From the NCBI GenBank assembly GCA_946965045.2, contig OX337233.1, forward strand, positions 1,860,001 to 1,924,000: a stretch of 64,000 nt of DNA. The letters are read 5' to 3'. Within the stretch, counting starts at the first letter, position 1, and each line of letters begins with the position of its first letter. Below the pieces are notes generated by a model that was not told the DNA's origin, did not search any database, and saw only the letters and a list, made by a program, of their open reading frames with translations. The DNA comes from Epithemia pelagica (Eukaryota; Protista; Bacillariophyta). Below are positions 34,497-46,203 of this stretch, piece by piece. A program made the translations under genes and the position numbers.

Positions 34497-36900
34497 ATGC
34501 ATCTATTGTCCTGGCTCGTCGTTCCGGGGTTGTCAATAGGAGCCACAACATTCACGGTCACAACCATAGTACGAAACCCTACATGGTACTCTAGATTAGG
34601 AACAAGTCTCGCCAAGGGGAATCATCGGGGAAGGTTGATAGCCATGTCCTATTCATCATCGAGAGGTGGTGGTGGAAGAGGCGGCGGTGGTGGTGGCCGA
34701 GGTGAATATTATCGGAACAAGTACGGTGGAGGTCGTGGTCGAGGAGGAGGAGGAAGACGAGGTGGTGGAGGTCAAGGGCGAGGATCGGGCTCCTATGACT
34801 CATCATCATCATCATCTTCTCGTGCTCGCTCGACGGGTGGCAGCTTTGCGGATTTACAGCACTTGCTAGAACGAATCGATGGTCGACAATACCCTTCCTA
34901 CCACGATCTTGAAACAGCACCCAATACAGGATGGCTTCATTCCACTCTGGGCTTTACGTTGATGGTTGGTCGAGCTCAATCGGATCCCTTTGCACCGCCG
35001 ACGCGATGTCGAGTCGTTTTGCCAGCTTCGACCGTATCGCTACCATCGGCAACATTTCAAACCAAGACACAATGCATTGCCACGGCTGACTTTCTCCTTC
35101 GTCGATTGTATCAAACCTGCTGTGACATGGGAGCGGACCATTCGCTGCGAGGATCTGGCGGAGGTGATTCGGGCAATGGTGGTGGTGGATGGTCGGGTCC
35201 CAAGGGAGGGGATTTGCAAATTTTGGCACCAACCCAACATGTCTTGGAACAATCGGCAGTGCAAGTGACACCCCAGCGAGGAGATGTTGCGGTTCAGCTT
35301 ACCATCAACCTTCCGGCGCGGGGCCGTACGGTGTTGGGACAAGCGGCCTACACGGTGTTGAATCAGGTCTTGCCACAATTGCTCCAAGCGGCCATTCTCA
35401 AGGTGCCTGCTGATCATTTGAAGGCACATGTTCAAAGTGTAGAAGATCAATTGTGGTTGCAGTCTCAATTGTCGGACCATGGTTTGGTCGCCTTTGTTCG
35501 CAATGGTGCGATTCTTCCACGGCAATCGGGGGTGGACGACCGTCCCATTGACTTGTCGCAAAATCCTCGTCCCTTTGAATCTCCTCTCGCCTTCCAAAAA
35601 CAATTTACCCTGCCCCGATCAGGGCAAACGATGACAGGCATGGGAATTCCCAAGGGTATTACATTGATTTGTGGAGGAGGCTTTCATGGAAAATCCACCT
35701 TGTTGGAAACCTTGCAATGGGGTGTTTATGGGGCCAAGGTTCCTGGAGACGGACGTGAATTTTGTGTCACAGATCCCACAGCCATGAAAATTAGAGCCGA
35801 AGATGGACGGTCCGTACAGGCAGTGGACATTTCATCCTTCATCAAGAACCTGCCCTTTGATAAGGATACCACATGCTTTTCGACAACTGATGCCTCTGGA
35901 AGTACCAGTCAGGCGAGCAATATTGTGGAGGTACGTTCATGTTGACGTTTCACGGCGATGTTGACGATTGGGGACGATAGAGTTCGGGGGTTTATATATT
36001 CCGTCAGGCTTGAGACGTAGCCTGACCTGTGGAGCGTTTGACCCACCCAGAAAAAGCCGTGCTTCGCCAGACTTTCAGGTGTAAGCCCAGCTTGGATCTT
36101 TCTTGGGGACTTGTACACGTCATGGCGTAGCTCCAGTTGCATGTTTCTGAGAATCAGTGGTAAAGCTTACATCGAGTGCTTTTGTCTTGAATTGTTTTGT
36201 ACTTTCTCCCATCATAATCCAGGCTGTTGAACTGGGTTCCAAAACTCTTCTTGTTGATGAGGACACGTGTGCTACTAACTTTATGATACGGGATGCCAAA
36301 ATGATGCAGCTGGTGTCCAACGAAAAAGAACCCATTACACCGTTTGTTCATTTCGTTCAGTCTCTTCATTCGGAACGCGACATCTCGACCATTATTGTCA
36401 TTGGGGGTGTGGGCGATTACTTTGATGTCGCCCAACATGTCTTGCTCATGGACTGCTACAAATGCCAGGATGCGACGGCTAAGGCCAAGGAAATTGTGGC
36501 AACGTCCAGTTCGCCAACCATACCATCAGCGGTCTTTGGCGGAATCCGTGAGCGAGCACCGGTCGCCTCATTTTATCACCCCAATGGCAAGGTTCGAACC
36601 ACGCGTCGAGGTCTGTTTTCGTATGGTGAGACGGAGGTTGATTTGTCATTGGTAGAGCAAGTCGTATCGAAATGCCAGACGACTGCTATAGCGTCCTTCT
36701 TACAAGCTATATCCAGTCAAGCGTCCATGGGGACGACGCTTTTGGAGGTGCTTCAGAAGATTGACAAACTCTTGGACCACCAAGGCATGAATGCGCTTTC
36801 GCCCGGGGAATTTCATGGGGGCTTTACTCGACCCAGAATCTTTGAAGTCGGGGCGGCGGTAAATCGACTTCGTCGTTCTGGTGCCATTACACAGAAGTGA
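34497..36900 (+). CDS. ABC-class ATPase (MRB1590-like / 'predicted ATPase of the ABC class') with RGG-rich N-terminus; intron 35931-36222
   Basis: GRAQSDPFAP, RGRT, GGGFHGKSTLL, DGREF, TDASGSTSQA, LLVDEDTCATNFM, EPITPF. Confidence 0.88.
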
Positions 36901-37291
36901 GACAAACCTGCCAGTTTCGTGTTGTCATCTAGAGTTATCGTGCTCTTGAGGAATACTGAATAAAGCATACGCATATCATATTCTTGTTATTAAGAATCCG
37001 TTTTTATCTTTGGACGAGAGTCTCATCACTCGATTGAGAACATATTGGACATCACATGAAAGTGAAAGGTCTTATGATGAATGTGGTCCTCTAGCTCTAG
37101 ACTACTTTAGCTATCGTAGAGTGCTATCGATTGATTCATTCGGAATCATGACGTCACTTCCATGATTCGGAAGAAGGTATCTTTTTTTATGGGACTAAAA
37201 GTATCGGGAGGAAGAATTGGAAAAAAACCGCGGAATTTTTCAATGGTGCACGAACAATCAGCGGTATCTACACTCTTGTACCGGCAATGAG

Positions 37292-37966
37292 ATGAAAGTG
37301 AATGTTTTCCTTATTGGAGACAGCGATATTGATCGGTGGCCGCCTTACTTGGTTCCTGGACAAAGCTGGACTGGGATGACACACACTGTCTGCGGGAAGA
37401 GCGGGGCCACTTTACAACAGGTTGTTCCATTGGTCGAACAACGGGTGCAAGAGGTCAAGGCGACTTCCGACGCAGACATAGCAGTGACAGTTTTCGTCGT
37501 CTGTGCTGGAGAAAACGATTTGTCCTCTGGTGGAGACCTTGTCGAAAGTGAACAAGCCTTGAAAGATTTGATTCAAGCCGTGTTTTCTGGGAACACAGAC
37601 AGCCATCGTTATCTCATTTTCTTGGGCCCTAAATTCGAACCTTGGCTTCAGCACGACAAGAGCGCTCGACGGCAATATATTCGAATGTCTGAACGGTTCA
37701 AACAAGTCTGCACCCATGACTCATCATTGTCATTATATGTTCAGCAACATACTACCTATATTGATTGCTTAACAATGTTTTGTGGAGCTAGTGGTCATCT
37801 CCCTGGTGCGCTATGGGGAGGCAAGGCTATTGCTAAATCACTCTATTTCCATTCGGATCAGCTTCATCTTAGTGACCAGGGATACGAGATTTGGAAACTT
37901 TTCATCGAAGACTGTAGGACTAGTATTCTAACAAATGAAGGTGTGGTCGATGAATCAACAATGTGA
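37292..37966 (+). CDS. SGNH/GDSL-like hydrolase
   Basis: IGDSDI, SGAT, AGENDL, DQLH. Confidence 0.8.
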   Translation: MKVNVFLIGDSDIDRWPPYLVPGQSWTGMTHTVCGKSGATLQQVVPLVEQRVQEVKATSDADIAVTVFVVCAGENDLSSGGDLVESEQALKDLIQAVFSGNTDSHRYLIFLGPKFEPWLQHDKSARRQYIRMSERFKQVCTHDSSLSLYVQQHTTYIDCLTMFCGASGHLPGALWGGKAIAKSLYFHSDQLHLSDQGYEIWKLFIEDCRTSILTNEGVVDESTM

Positions 37967-37987
37967 CCAGGCACTTTGCCCGTCCTG

Positions 37988-39172
37988 TTAGCATTGCGTT
38001 TGCTGAGCAGTATCTACTTGCAACCTCATTTCATCACGCTCTCGAACCAGGTTCTTTTCCAAGACCGGGTCGAACGGGTCTTCGTACAAAATGGCTCGTG
38101 TCATGGTACGCCAGGCAGCGACGTCATCGCCAATGGCCTGTTGTGCCAATGCAATGTACCTATGAACACCTGGCTCATGTCTACCACCCAAGGCCAGGGC
38201 CATTTCTCCCGCACGGATGCATCCGTCATAGGCTTTGAGATGATATAGACATTTGGAAAACCCCATGGCAACCTCCAGCTTTCGAGGCACATTGGGAAAT
38301 GTTCGTCGTAGCACATGAGATAACTGACGTGAAAAGATCTTACTGGCACCTCTGTAATCGTTCATTGTCATTTTCGCGTTTGCAATTTCCACAAAAATAT
38401 CATCGTGGTCTCCCTTTGGGATCTCAGTCAGAAGTAAGTAGAAAGTCCGTATGGCTTCCTCGGGTCGACCCATTTGCATGTAAAGCAGTTGTCCTCTGTA
38501 AAAGAAAGCTTGGTGCCTTCGTTTACCATGGCTAATAATGCATGCTTGCTCAATATCACGCATTGCAGTATCTACGAGCAGCTTCTTCTCTTTTGTAGAA
38601 AGAGCATAGTGGCCAGAACGAAGTGTCATTTGTATCGATCGATCAATCAGACTTCCACCAATGTCAGGAACCACAGCACGACAGCAAGGGCATTTTAGGT
38701 TGTTTGCTTCCCTTCCATCTTCTGCGTTTTGGCAGAAGTCGTGATAGTTATGGAGACACTCCATACAAAACGCATGCTTGCAATTTGGTAGAACTATTGG
38801 GTCCACAATAGGATCGGCGAAACAAATAGCACACTCTTGGGAAAATGTATCGGAGACAAGCTCATTGTCACAGACTGGTCGAGCAACATGAAATTTTTGA
38901 CGGTGCTGCTTCATTTTCTTGACGATTTGGCGACATGTCGATTTATGCGTTGGTCATGCTGCCTTTTGGCATTCCTCACTGCAATACCATTGTGTTCGAC
39001 AAGAACGACATCTGATGGATGGACCTGGTTTCCCGCAAACGTCGCAATCGATGCAGTCATTGGCACTTCCAACAAACTTTTTGCTTCTGACTTCCCGGCA
39101 TACAGATGCCATGGATCGAACTGAAATCGATCTGGAAGGATCGACGTCTCCGCTAGTACTTGAAAGGTTCAT
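37988..39172 (-). pseudogene. MYND-RING-TPR protein with premature stop
   Basis: MYND CDVC..CRSC..YCSEECQKAA*PTHKSTC has TGA (38956-38954) at the conserved Trp. The frame continues into RING CAIC..CKHAFCMEC..CPCC and TPR-like helices. The 5' end is uncertain. Confidence 0.8.
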
Positions 39173-39430
39173 CGTGAGGACTCTAGCATTTGGATTGGTT
39201 TGTGATGCCAAGAATGCGACAACCGATCATTCTCGGTTTCGTGTTGGGTAAACCACATGATCGAGGCCCATAAAATTGTTTACGAAGCCTTCTACGATTT
39301 GCGCTTTGGGAATATTTCGCATCATTCTTCTTCTTGTCGGTGGTTCTTCGTGCTTTGTGTTGCCTCTTTCGAGAACTCGACCGAACCAAAAAAATGAGCG
39401 CCTTCTGAAATAAAAGATGTGTCGCGGGGC

Positions 39431-39690
39431 TTAATGTGCTCAAGCTAATCTGGCGATAAAGGCCCAAGAGACTAACTGACGAACGCACAACTGACACATC
39501 GACAGAATATGCGACTGACTATCCCAAGACGATCTCGTGCGTATCTTGAAGATCAAAGATCTACCAGTTTGCATGAAGACGACTTTGGATTGAAAGTTGT
39601 TCGGGTCACTGTCTTTCAGGTTGATTGTTGGTTGAGGTGCTATACGTTGCAGGTATTGTATCTCCTCTTGTGATCATCTGTTTTTGTTTT
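39431..39690 (+). repeat. Split direct repeat A1 of element 2 (260 bp)
   Basis: Matches 48057-48316 with 2 substitutions seen. Confidence 0.96.
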
Positions 39691-39721
39691 CTTTCGTCGT
39701 TTACGCCCTGCCACTGCCCCC

Positions 39722-42411
39722 ATGTCGTCGTCTGGCTTTTCTGCTCGTGCTTCGCTTTATCGCGATTTGCCTTGCGTACCGAGCGTTCCGCTTCTCCGGT
39801 GTCTTTTCCGCCTCCTGCTCCTACGCTCACGTCTCCGTCTGGAGACCTTGCGGTGGCTTTGTCGGACCTCGGCTTGGGGGTGGGCGTATCGACTGGGCAG
39901 GACCCTTCGGCGCAGGGCTCTCGTGGTGCTGCGTCGGCTAGTACGGGGGGGGGGGGGGGGGGTGGAACGGTTCCGGAAAGTCTGAGTGAGGGACGTGCTT
40001 CGTCCGCGAGTCTGTTCAAGAGCACCATCAAGCCGGAACCGGTGAAGACTGCCCGTGACACGAGTCAGTTCGTGGACTATGGTTTTGCGAGCAGTGCCCC
40101 GTCGGACTCGCGTGAGGTGTCGTTCCATCCGGACGCTCGCTCCAAACTTACCAAAGGTGAGCTTCCTGCGATTGCGGAGACTAAAATGAGTGTTAATTTG
40201 TCTGCCGAGTTGCAAAACTCGGTTTCGTTGATTGCAGTCGATTTAGCGGAGGATAAGTTTTGTGGAGCAGTCGTGGGGGTTGCAGGCAAGTTCTGCCTCC
40301 ATCTTAAGGGACAGTGTCCCAAGAAGTCGCATCGGAAAGCGACATCGTTCCTAGGAAGTCTACGGGAACAAGGGCTAGAGGAATGTCTGTTTATTTGCGT
40401 TCCCATGCCGAAGAGTAGCAATGTTCATGGTCAACTGCCTACGCTTGCTTTTCATGATCCTTTCTTGGAATCCACCCAGTTGGGCCGATCCAAGGTCCAA
40501 GAAATGCTCCAAGCGCACAAACCAGTGTGGCTGTGGTCTTCGATGTTTGCGATGCTCAGTGGCGAGACGCAAGGCGACCATCATGGTACCTCAACACTCA
40601 GTGATCTCCCCGGGACGCCTCGTCGCCACAAGACGCTCGATCAAATTCAAGCAGAGGCGACTCAGACGGCGTTTACTCCTGCTCGACGTCTAGAGTTGGA
40701 AGATGTGGAGGTCCCATCTCCAACCAGCGAGGAAAGTGAACTCGAGGATGTTGATCCTCTTCTCGATGAGGACACGTTCAGGAACCGTGTTGCTCGCAAC
40801 ACTGTGACGACTTAACAGGTCCAACGCGCTGCATCTGCGGAACTCACGACCATGCGTTTGCGCCAATCTGAACAAAACCAGTTGTTGAATGTTTTGGTTG
40901 ACAAGGTCAACGTCCTCAGTGGATTGTTGGGAGCGCCACTAGAAGATTCAGGGGCAACGACGGTGTGGCAAGCAATTAGTGAATGGCACCAGCAACAAGA
41001 AGAGAAGAAGATTAACCCGGCGTTGTTGGAAGCCATCAAGGAAACGCAAAAGTTGCATGAAGCAAGCTTTCAACGCATGTATGACAGCATCAACGCTCTG
41101 TCAAACAAGTTGCACGACACCAAGATTGAGGCTATCCATTCGTCCAGAAAGAAAGTAGTGGCCATGCTCACAGGCGAGGTGAACAAAGCCATCTGGGCCG
41201 AACTATCAAAGGTGTCGCCCACGCTCAAAGTAGCAGAGAAGTTTTTTATTCGCGGCGGTCTCTCCGAATTTGAAGAACACATGCGCAAGACGACAGCCGA
41301 CGCTGTGCGAGCAGCAGGAGGGAACAACGGCCATTCATCGTTATTCAACCTGACGCAAGCCGAGGTGGACGACATCAAGCGGTTGATTGTCAAGTTAGAA
41401 GAAGAAAGCGAGTTGAACAAGGTTCGGCTCACTGACATCGAAGCCAGATCCAAGAATTATACTGTAGAGGTAGAAGGCCATCAGTTTTCCTCGTTGTCGC
41501 AGGTGGCGGCATTTGTCGCGTCCAATGGCGTCCCAGACTCGGTGCTAAAGTTTGTTGACGCCATCAGTTTGATGGAAAAATCGACCACAGGTTCTCAAAG
41601 TTTCACTGAGAACGTGGACGTGCATTACCGGGGTCAACGCTCCAACATGGAGTCGCCCAGTGACCAAAAGGGGCTTTACTCCTTCCAGTTAATTGCTCCC
41701 ACTGCCTTGGCTGGAACTCCTGATCAGGCGAGAAACAACCCAAGAAAGTTAGCGCGAATGGAAACCTACCAGAAATTCAAGGGGTCAGGGTCTCGTGACA
41801 TGGGAGCCGCTAACATGATCCGCAAAATGATCGCCGACAAATACCCGCCTTTGCTGTCTGAAATTGAGGCCTCCACCATGTCACGCGAAGCAAAAGTCAT
41901 AGCCCGGTTCCTTCTCTCTGAGTCTTGGAGTTTTCTGGACTCTCTTTTTATTTTCATGAAGGATCAAGTTGAGGACTATGGGGCGGATACTCAACTCTCT
42001 GAAGTTTGCAGATGGGACCTCGTGCAAAACATCACGAGGATCGTCTTTTAAGTCATCAGCCAACCGAGGCGTGGGTGCAGCGAGATCACGCTGAATCAAG
42101 CCACATCCCTCGAACGGGCTCCAAAGCTATTGTGGTAGGTTCTTCAATCCCACCGCTTACAGAAGGAGTTTCTGGAACATAATTTTAAGAACCATCCCAA
42201 GGTAGGGCCAATGTTGACCCACTTCTTGCTCGACGTGGTGAGCTTTCACGATGACGTCAATCCCATCGTGGACGATGTCAAAAAGGCATTGAGTGAGGCA
42301 CAACAAGCGAAAAGGAAGGCAGACGCTGTGGAAAGTCAGGTCAAGAACTTACAAGGCCGCTTGCCATCGAAGAAAGCAAAGCCATCAAAAGAAGGATCGG
42401 AAGCATCATGA
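39722..42411 (+). pseudogene. Gag-like ORF1 of element 2, disrupted
   Basis: One frame with in-frame stops at 40813, 42049 and 42136. C-x-C-x-C-x-H knuckle (CGAVVGVAGKFC..KGQCPKKSH). The ATG at 39722 is in another frame, so an early indel is likely. Confidence 0.75.
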
Positions 42412-45400
42412 GTGCAGCCAACATAAAAACAAGCACCGAGAGAACAAGACTTAGAAGAAGACAATGCCAAAAAGAATTGCGGCAAAGAAGCACCGATCAC
42501 CGAATCTTATTCGTCATGGATTCGTCGTCAGGTATCGTTGGCACCGGGAAGTCTGCGCTTGGGAATCATTTTGGAAGGGTTACCCGCGTGGCTGTTTCTG
42601 TCAGACAATCTGACGAACGGTCAATTGCGGTGGTTGATGATTCCAGACAACCAGCAACACTGGGAGAATCTCATTCCAAATGACACCAAGGTGTACTGGC
42701 TAAGAGCAAAACCAGAGGATGAACTGGGCGCGGCATCGATGGAGTCCGCATTAATAGACAAGGCTGATTGTGATGTGATTCTTTTCGAAGGAAAGTACCG
42801 GCCTCCAAGATCGAACTCGGATTTTTGGAAACGCTCCACTCAACTGGTATTATCTCAGCGGTCTCTCAGAGGCAAACCTCCGGCGGGATGGATGGCGTCA
42901 TCACGAGTATTGAATCACGCCCAGTTAGGCGGCGTCACTAATTGGAGTTGTCGCATGCATGTGTGGAGCAAGGCGGAATCAACACTCACGCCCTTTTGGG
43001 AGGACGAGATTCTTCAAGGGGCCGACAGTTCCTTCGAGGATCTGTTAGACAAAAGACAAACAGGGAAGCGAGTACATGAGGACTTTGAATCACCGCATTC
43101 CTCCCTCAAGAATCAAGTCGATTGTGCGACGATACAGAAGAAGAGAAAGAAATTATGGACGCTTCCCACGGTGTTTGGGTCTATGCGCACCAAACGTTGC
43201 TTGACCGTGTCTGAGGCGAGTTCGTGTTTGGATGTCCCCTCGTCTTTGGCGAAAAAGTTGAATGAATCCACGAGCGAAGTTGTGGTTCGAGTGCTGACAA
43301 GTCCCATCAAGGTGGCAGCAGCTCTCGGAGCATGCCTCGTCGAATGGACGAAGAAACGAAGACGCAGTGAAGAAGAGGATGACAACTCCAGTCCACGAAG
43401 AATGGAATCGAAGCGGAGTCGGGTGCAATGCGGAACAGCATTGACGCTCAAGGACACCACAGACGACGGGCCCAACTCCATTGCCAGTGAGGCACCATTG
43501 TCGACCAACACGCGCCGAGACCGAATGCAAGCATACCAACGCTTGAAAGACACAGGAGCGGACACCACCACCGAGAAGGCCGTCAAACATGACAAAGCGG
43601 CTGTTCCTGTAGAATTGTGGGACGACAGAGTCCGTTACTTGTTGGGTCTTTCGAAGATTGATGATCGCCACCGACGAGCCTTCACCAAGATGCGATCTGT
43701 GATGTTACGCCGCTGGAAGCGAAATGTTTTGCGATCGTGGGTTGATTGGTGGAATAAGAATAAAGATAATATAAAACACAATGAACCTCGCTGGTGGAAG
43801 TTGTTGTATGAGCGAGGATATCAAGCGTGTCGCCAAGCTTTTCAAGCGGACTTCTGGAGCTGGCCAAGTGGATCCGGAGTATTTTTCTTGCGATGGCCAA
43901 CAGAATATATTCGCGACGTTGCTCTCGGGGTACCTCCCTTATGGACAGGAGTTCCTCGCCAAGTCTTGGAACCACAACAAGGTCTTGGAGACGAGGACAC
44001 AATCTCGAAGATCAAGGAGAACCTCGACGACGTACGCCAGAAGAAATACGTCGGCCCTGGGCAATGGAAGGCAACCATGAACTATTTTGCAGTGCCCAAG
44101 GGTGAGACAGATATCAGAATGGTGTATGATGGAACAAAAAGCGGTCTGAATGACTGTTTATACGCACCATGGTTCCCCCTCCCGGATGCCGACGTTCTGA
44201 TACGGACCCTCGATGACTCCTATTGGTGTGTGGACAATGATTATGGGGAAATGTTCCTCAATTTTTCGATAGACCCCAAACTTCAGGAGTTCAGTGGGAT
44301 GGATCTCACGCCACTATTTGGCAAAACCGAATCGGGAGAATTGTACATTGAAGGGTGGTACAGATGTCCTATGGGACAAAGCCCGTCTCCATTTAACACT
44401 GTCCAACAGACAAGGCGACTGAAACGCGTCATGATGGGGGATGCGGCTGACGAAGAAAACGTGTTTCGATGGGCCGTTGTACGAGTGAATCTACCAGGAT
44501 CAATTGACTACCAGCCCGGAATCCCGTGGATAGCTAAGTATCGTTCGACAGGCGAATTAGCTGCGGACGCACATGATTATGTAGACGACTTACGAGGCAC
44601 TGGACCCACGGCCGAGGACGCTTGGCAAGTAAGTTCCAAAATTGCAAAGACGGCCGCTTTTCATGGCGTGCAAGACGCCGCACGCAAACGAAGAGAGCAA
44701 ACTCAGAGCCCTGGAGCTTGGGCAGGTGTGGTCTGTGTAACGGAACCTCGACGTCCCTACAAAACCGTCACACAAGAAAAATGGGAGAAGACTAAGAAAG
44801 AAGTGAGCCGGCTCCGAGATGAGTTAGATTCATTAGAGGACGCTTCGCCCAAGAACACTATGAACAGCAAGACACTGGAGCAAGTGGCTGGGTTTCTCAA
44901 TCATGTCGGTCGAGCATTCCCAGTCATCAGGATCTATCTGAACGGAATCTATGCGACGTTGAACAGCTGGAGGCCTGACAGAGATGACGAGGGTTGGAAA
45001 ATTGGCTCGGACACTCTTCACCTCCAAGATCCTTTAGGGTTGGAAACACCAAAGCGAGTTCGCATGGTTCCTCGTATGCGGTTCGATGTTGTGGCCCTGG
45101 AGGAGTTAACAAAAGCAGAAGCGCCGCCATGCCGCATGTTGCGACCGGATAAACAAGGAGCAGTCGTGAGATACTTCTTCGGCGACGCATCGGGTGCTGG
45201 TTTTGGGATGTCTGGATGGACGCCAGGAGACCAGGAAGTCGAGGTTGATTTTGGCGCGTGGGATCAAAAGGCCATGAGCGGATCCTCATCAAACTTCAGA
45301 GAATTAGCCAACATTGTCATGAAAGTAGAGCAAATGGATCAGGAGGACCGATTGAATTCCCTGACCGAAGTATTCATTTTCACTGACAACATGCATGCCA

Positions 45401-46203
45401 AGTCCGCCTTCTACCGCGGAACAGCCAAGTCACCCGAAGTCCTCAAGCTGATGTTTCGCCTTCATTGAGTACTGATGAAGGGAGAGGCCTTCATACACGT
45501 TGTATGGGTGGCCGGAAAGAGGATGATCACGCAAGGGACAGACGGGTTGTCACGCTCCGACTTGACAAGCGGCGTCATGAGGGGAGAGAAGATGCTCGAC
45601 TTCGTCCCCTTGCATCTCACAGCAGATCAACGCCAACCACGTGTGCTTTCTTCTTTGCTTCGGCAATTGGTCGACGATACAGACGAAATTCACGTGTTGA
45701 AAATGAGCGAGTGGTTTTCAAAACCAATGGACAGCGATGGAATCTTCGTGTGGATCCCACCTCCGTGTATTGCCGACGTCGCTGTGTTCACCATGGCAGA
45801 GGCGTGGCACATACGGCCGTGGAATACGCATATATTCATTGCACCCTCTTTGATGAGCGGTCGTTGGCGGCGGATGCTATCCAAGGCATCTGACATGTTC
45901 TGTGTGCTACCTTTTGAGAATGCAATTTGGCCAAAAGATTTGGAACACGAACCGCTAACGATTGCCTTCACTTTTCCTCTGTTAAACAGAAATCCTTGGC
46001 GAGTTAGATTCACGGAGCTTCTCCGTGATGACCGAGATGTGTTGCGCCAGATACACCGGAAATCTTTCGCACACGCGAGGGATTATCTGCGCAAATTATG
46101 GGTATGCGCGAGGGCATTGGAAACCCTGCCTGGGGGCGTATCACGCTCAGTGTTATGTAGTCCCGGGAGACCAGGACCCATTTCCTCGAGACCTCAAGCC
46201 TAG
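42408..46203 (+). pseudogene. Pol of element 2: C5-MTase-like, RT, RNase H and Dam-like MT domains
   Basis: RT motifs VPKGETDIRMVYD, DYGEMFLNF, PMGQSPSP, YVDD. RNase H motifs GDASG, NFREL, FTDN, TDGLSR. MT-like motifs FVWIPPP and HIFIAP. In-frame TGA at 45466; frame open from 42427. Confidence 0.88.

Noticed and set aside
39476-39560. CTGACGA in repeat A as a hammerhead ribozyme core
   Set aside because: No GAAA correctly placed after a stem II, and no complete three-way junction.
39945-39962. G18 tract in element 2 ORF1 as a phase-variation switch
   Set aside because: The tract is in frame (poly-Gly), and the natural-looking sequence upstream is already in the ORF1 frame. The defect is more likely an indel near 39750.
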